61,485 nucleotides of DNA from a virus, in IMG/VR virus record IMGVR_UViG_3300028031_000002, positions 1 to 61,485 of that record; one strand, written 5' to 3'. This document shows, in pieces, positions 61,439-61,485 of this stretch. The notes beneath the pieces are model-generated. The model worked only from the letters and a program-made list of their open reading frames with translations, did no database searches and was not told where the DNA came from. Made by a program: the position numbers and the translations under genes. How positions within the stretch are numbered: position 1 is the first letter of the stretch; each line of letters starts with the position of its first letter.

Positions 61439-61485
61439 TTTAATAATCCTGTATATTAAATTAAGGTTATTATTGACCTTTATTG
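61359..61485. repeat. terminal overlap, copy 2 (identical to 1..127)
   Basis: Exact 127-nt repeat of the window start. This is compatible with a circular-assembly overlap or a short direct terminal repeat. Confidence 0.95.

Noticed and set aside
1-61485. Reassigned genetic code (TGA as sense), considered because of the open frame after TGA 37128
   Set aside because: The polymerase, RNR, terminase and tape-measure genes are intact under the standard code with no internal TGA. TGA terminates many ATGA-coupled genes, and Trp is encoded by TGG throughout.
1-61485. Temperate lifestyle or prophage status
   Set aside because: No integrase, excisionase, CI/Cro-like switch or att-like flanks were recognised. 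KilA-N and Bro-N proteins occur in both lytic and temperate phages. Absence of evidence by eye is not proof, so lifestyle is left open.

Overview
The window is a complete, AT-rich dsDNA tailed-phage genome. Its first 127 nt recur exactly at 61359..61485, so the unique length is 61,358 bp and the contig closes on itself.

Genes lie in four strand blocks:
- Plus 3009..28101: about 40 small early ORFs, then dUTPase, a P-loop kinase, large terminase, thymidylate synthase and class I RNR alpha and beta.
- Minus 28776..34130: a Toprim plus SF2 helicase primase-helicase, a fibre-like protein and an HK97 gp10-like protein.
- Plus 34314..50062: putative portal, putative scaffold, P22-coat-like major capsid, connector and tail genes, a fibre and a 1471-aa tape measure.
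- Minus 50378..61438, wrapping to 977..1669: family A DNA polymerase, two PD-(D/E)XK nucleases, a Bro-N/T5orf172 protein and membrane proteins.

I recognised no integrase, repressor, tRNA, CRISPR array or endolysin. Consensus sigma70 promoters (TTGACA or TTGCAA, 16-17 nt, TATAAT) and Shine-Dalgarno sites point to a host with canonical sigma70 and SD signals. The host itself is unknown.

The most unusual content is non-coding:
1. A ~176-bp element occurs 14 times plus fragments, almost always at transcription-unit boundaries. It is continuous with a GGAAACTTTnAAAGT/TTGAAT box.
2. Two paralogous ~650-bp origin- or centromere-like regions lie about 28 kb apart. Each has nGAAMC iterons phased at 10-11 bp.
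3. A hairpin-plus-leader repeat family sits between early genes.
4. A 2 x 78-bp tandem repeat with TTGGCAC sites lies in front of duplicated consensus promoters.

Two recoding candidates lie in the structural operon: an in-frame 52-codon extension after a TGA, and a T_TTT_TTA -1 slippery site.

All functional calls rest on motifs read by eye. No homology search was run.
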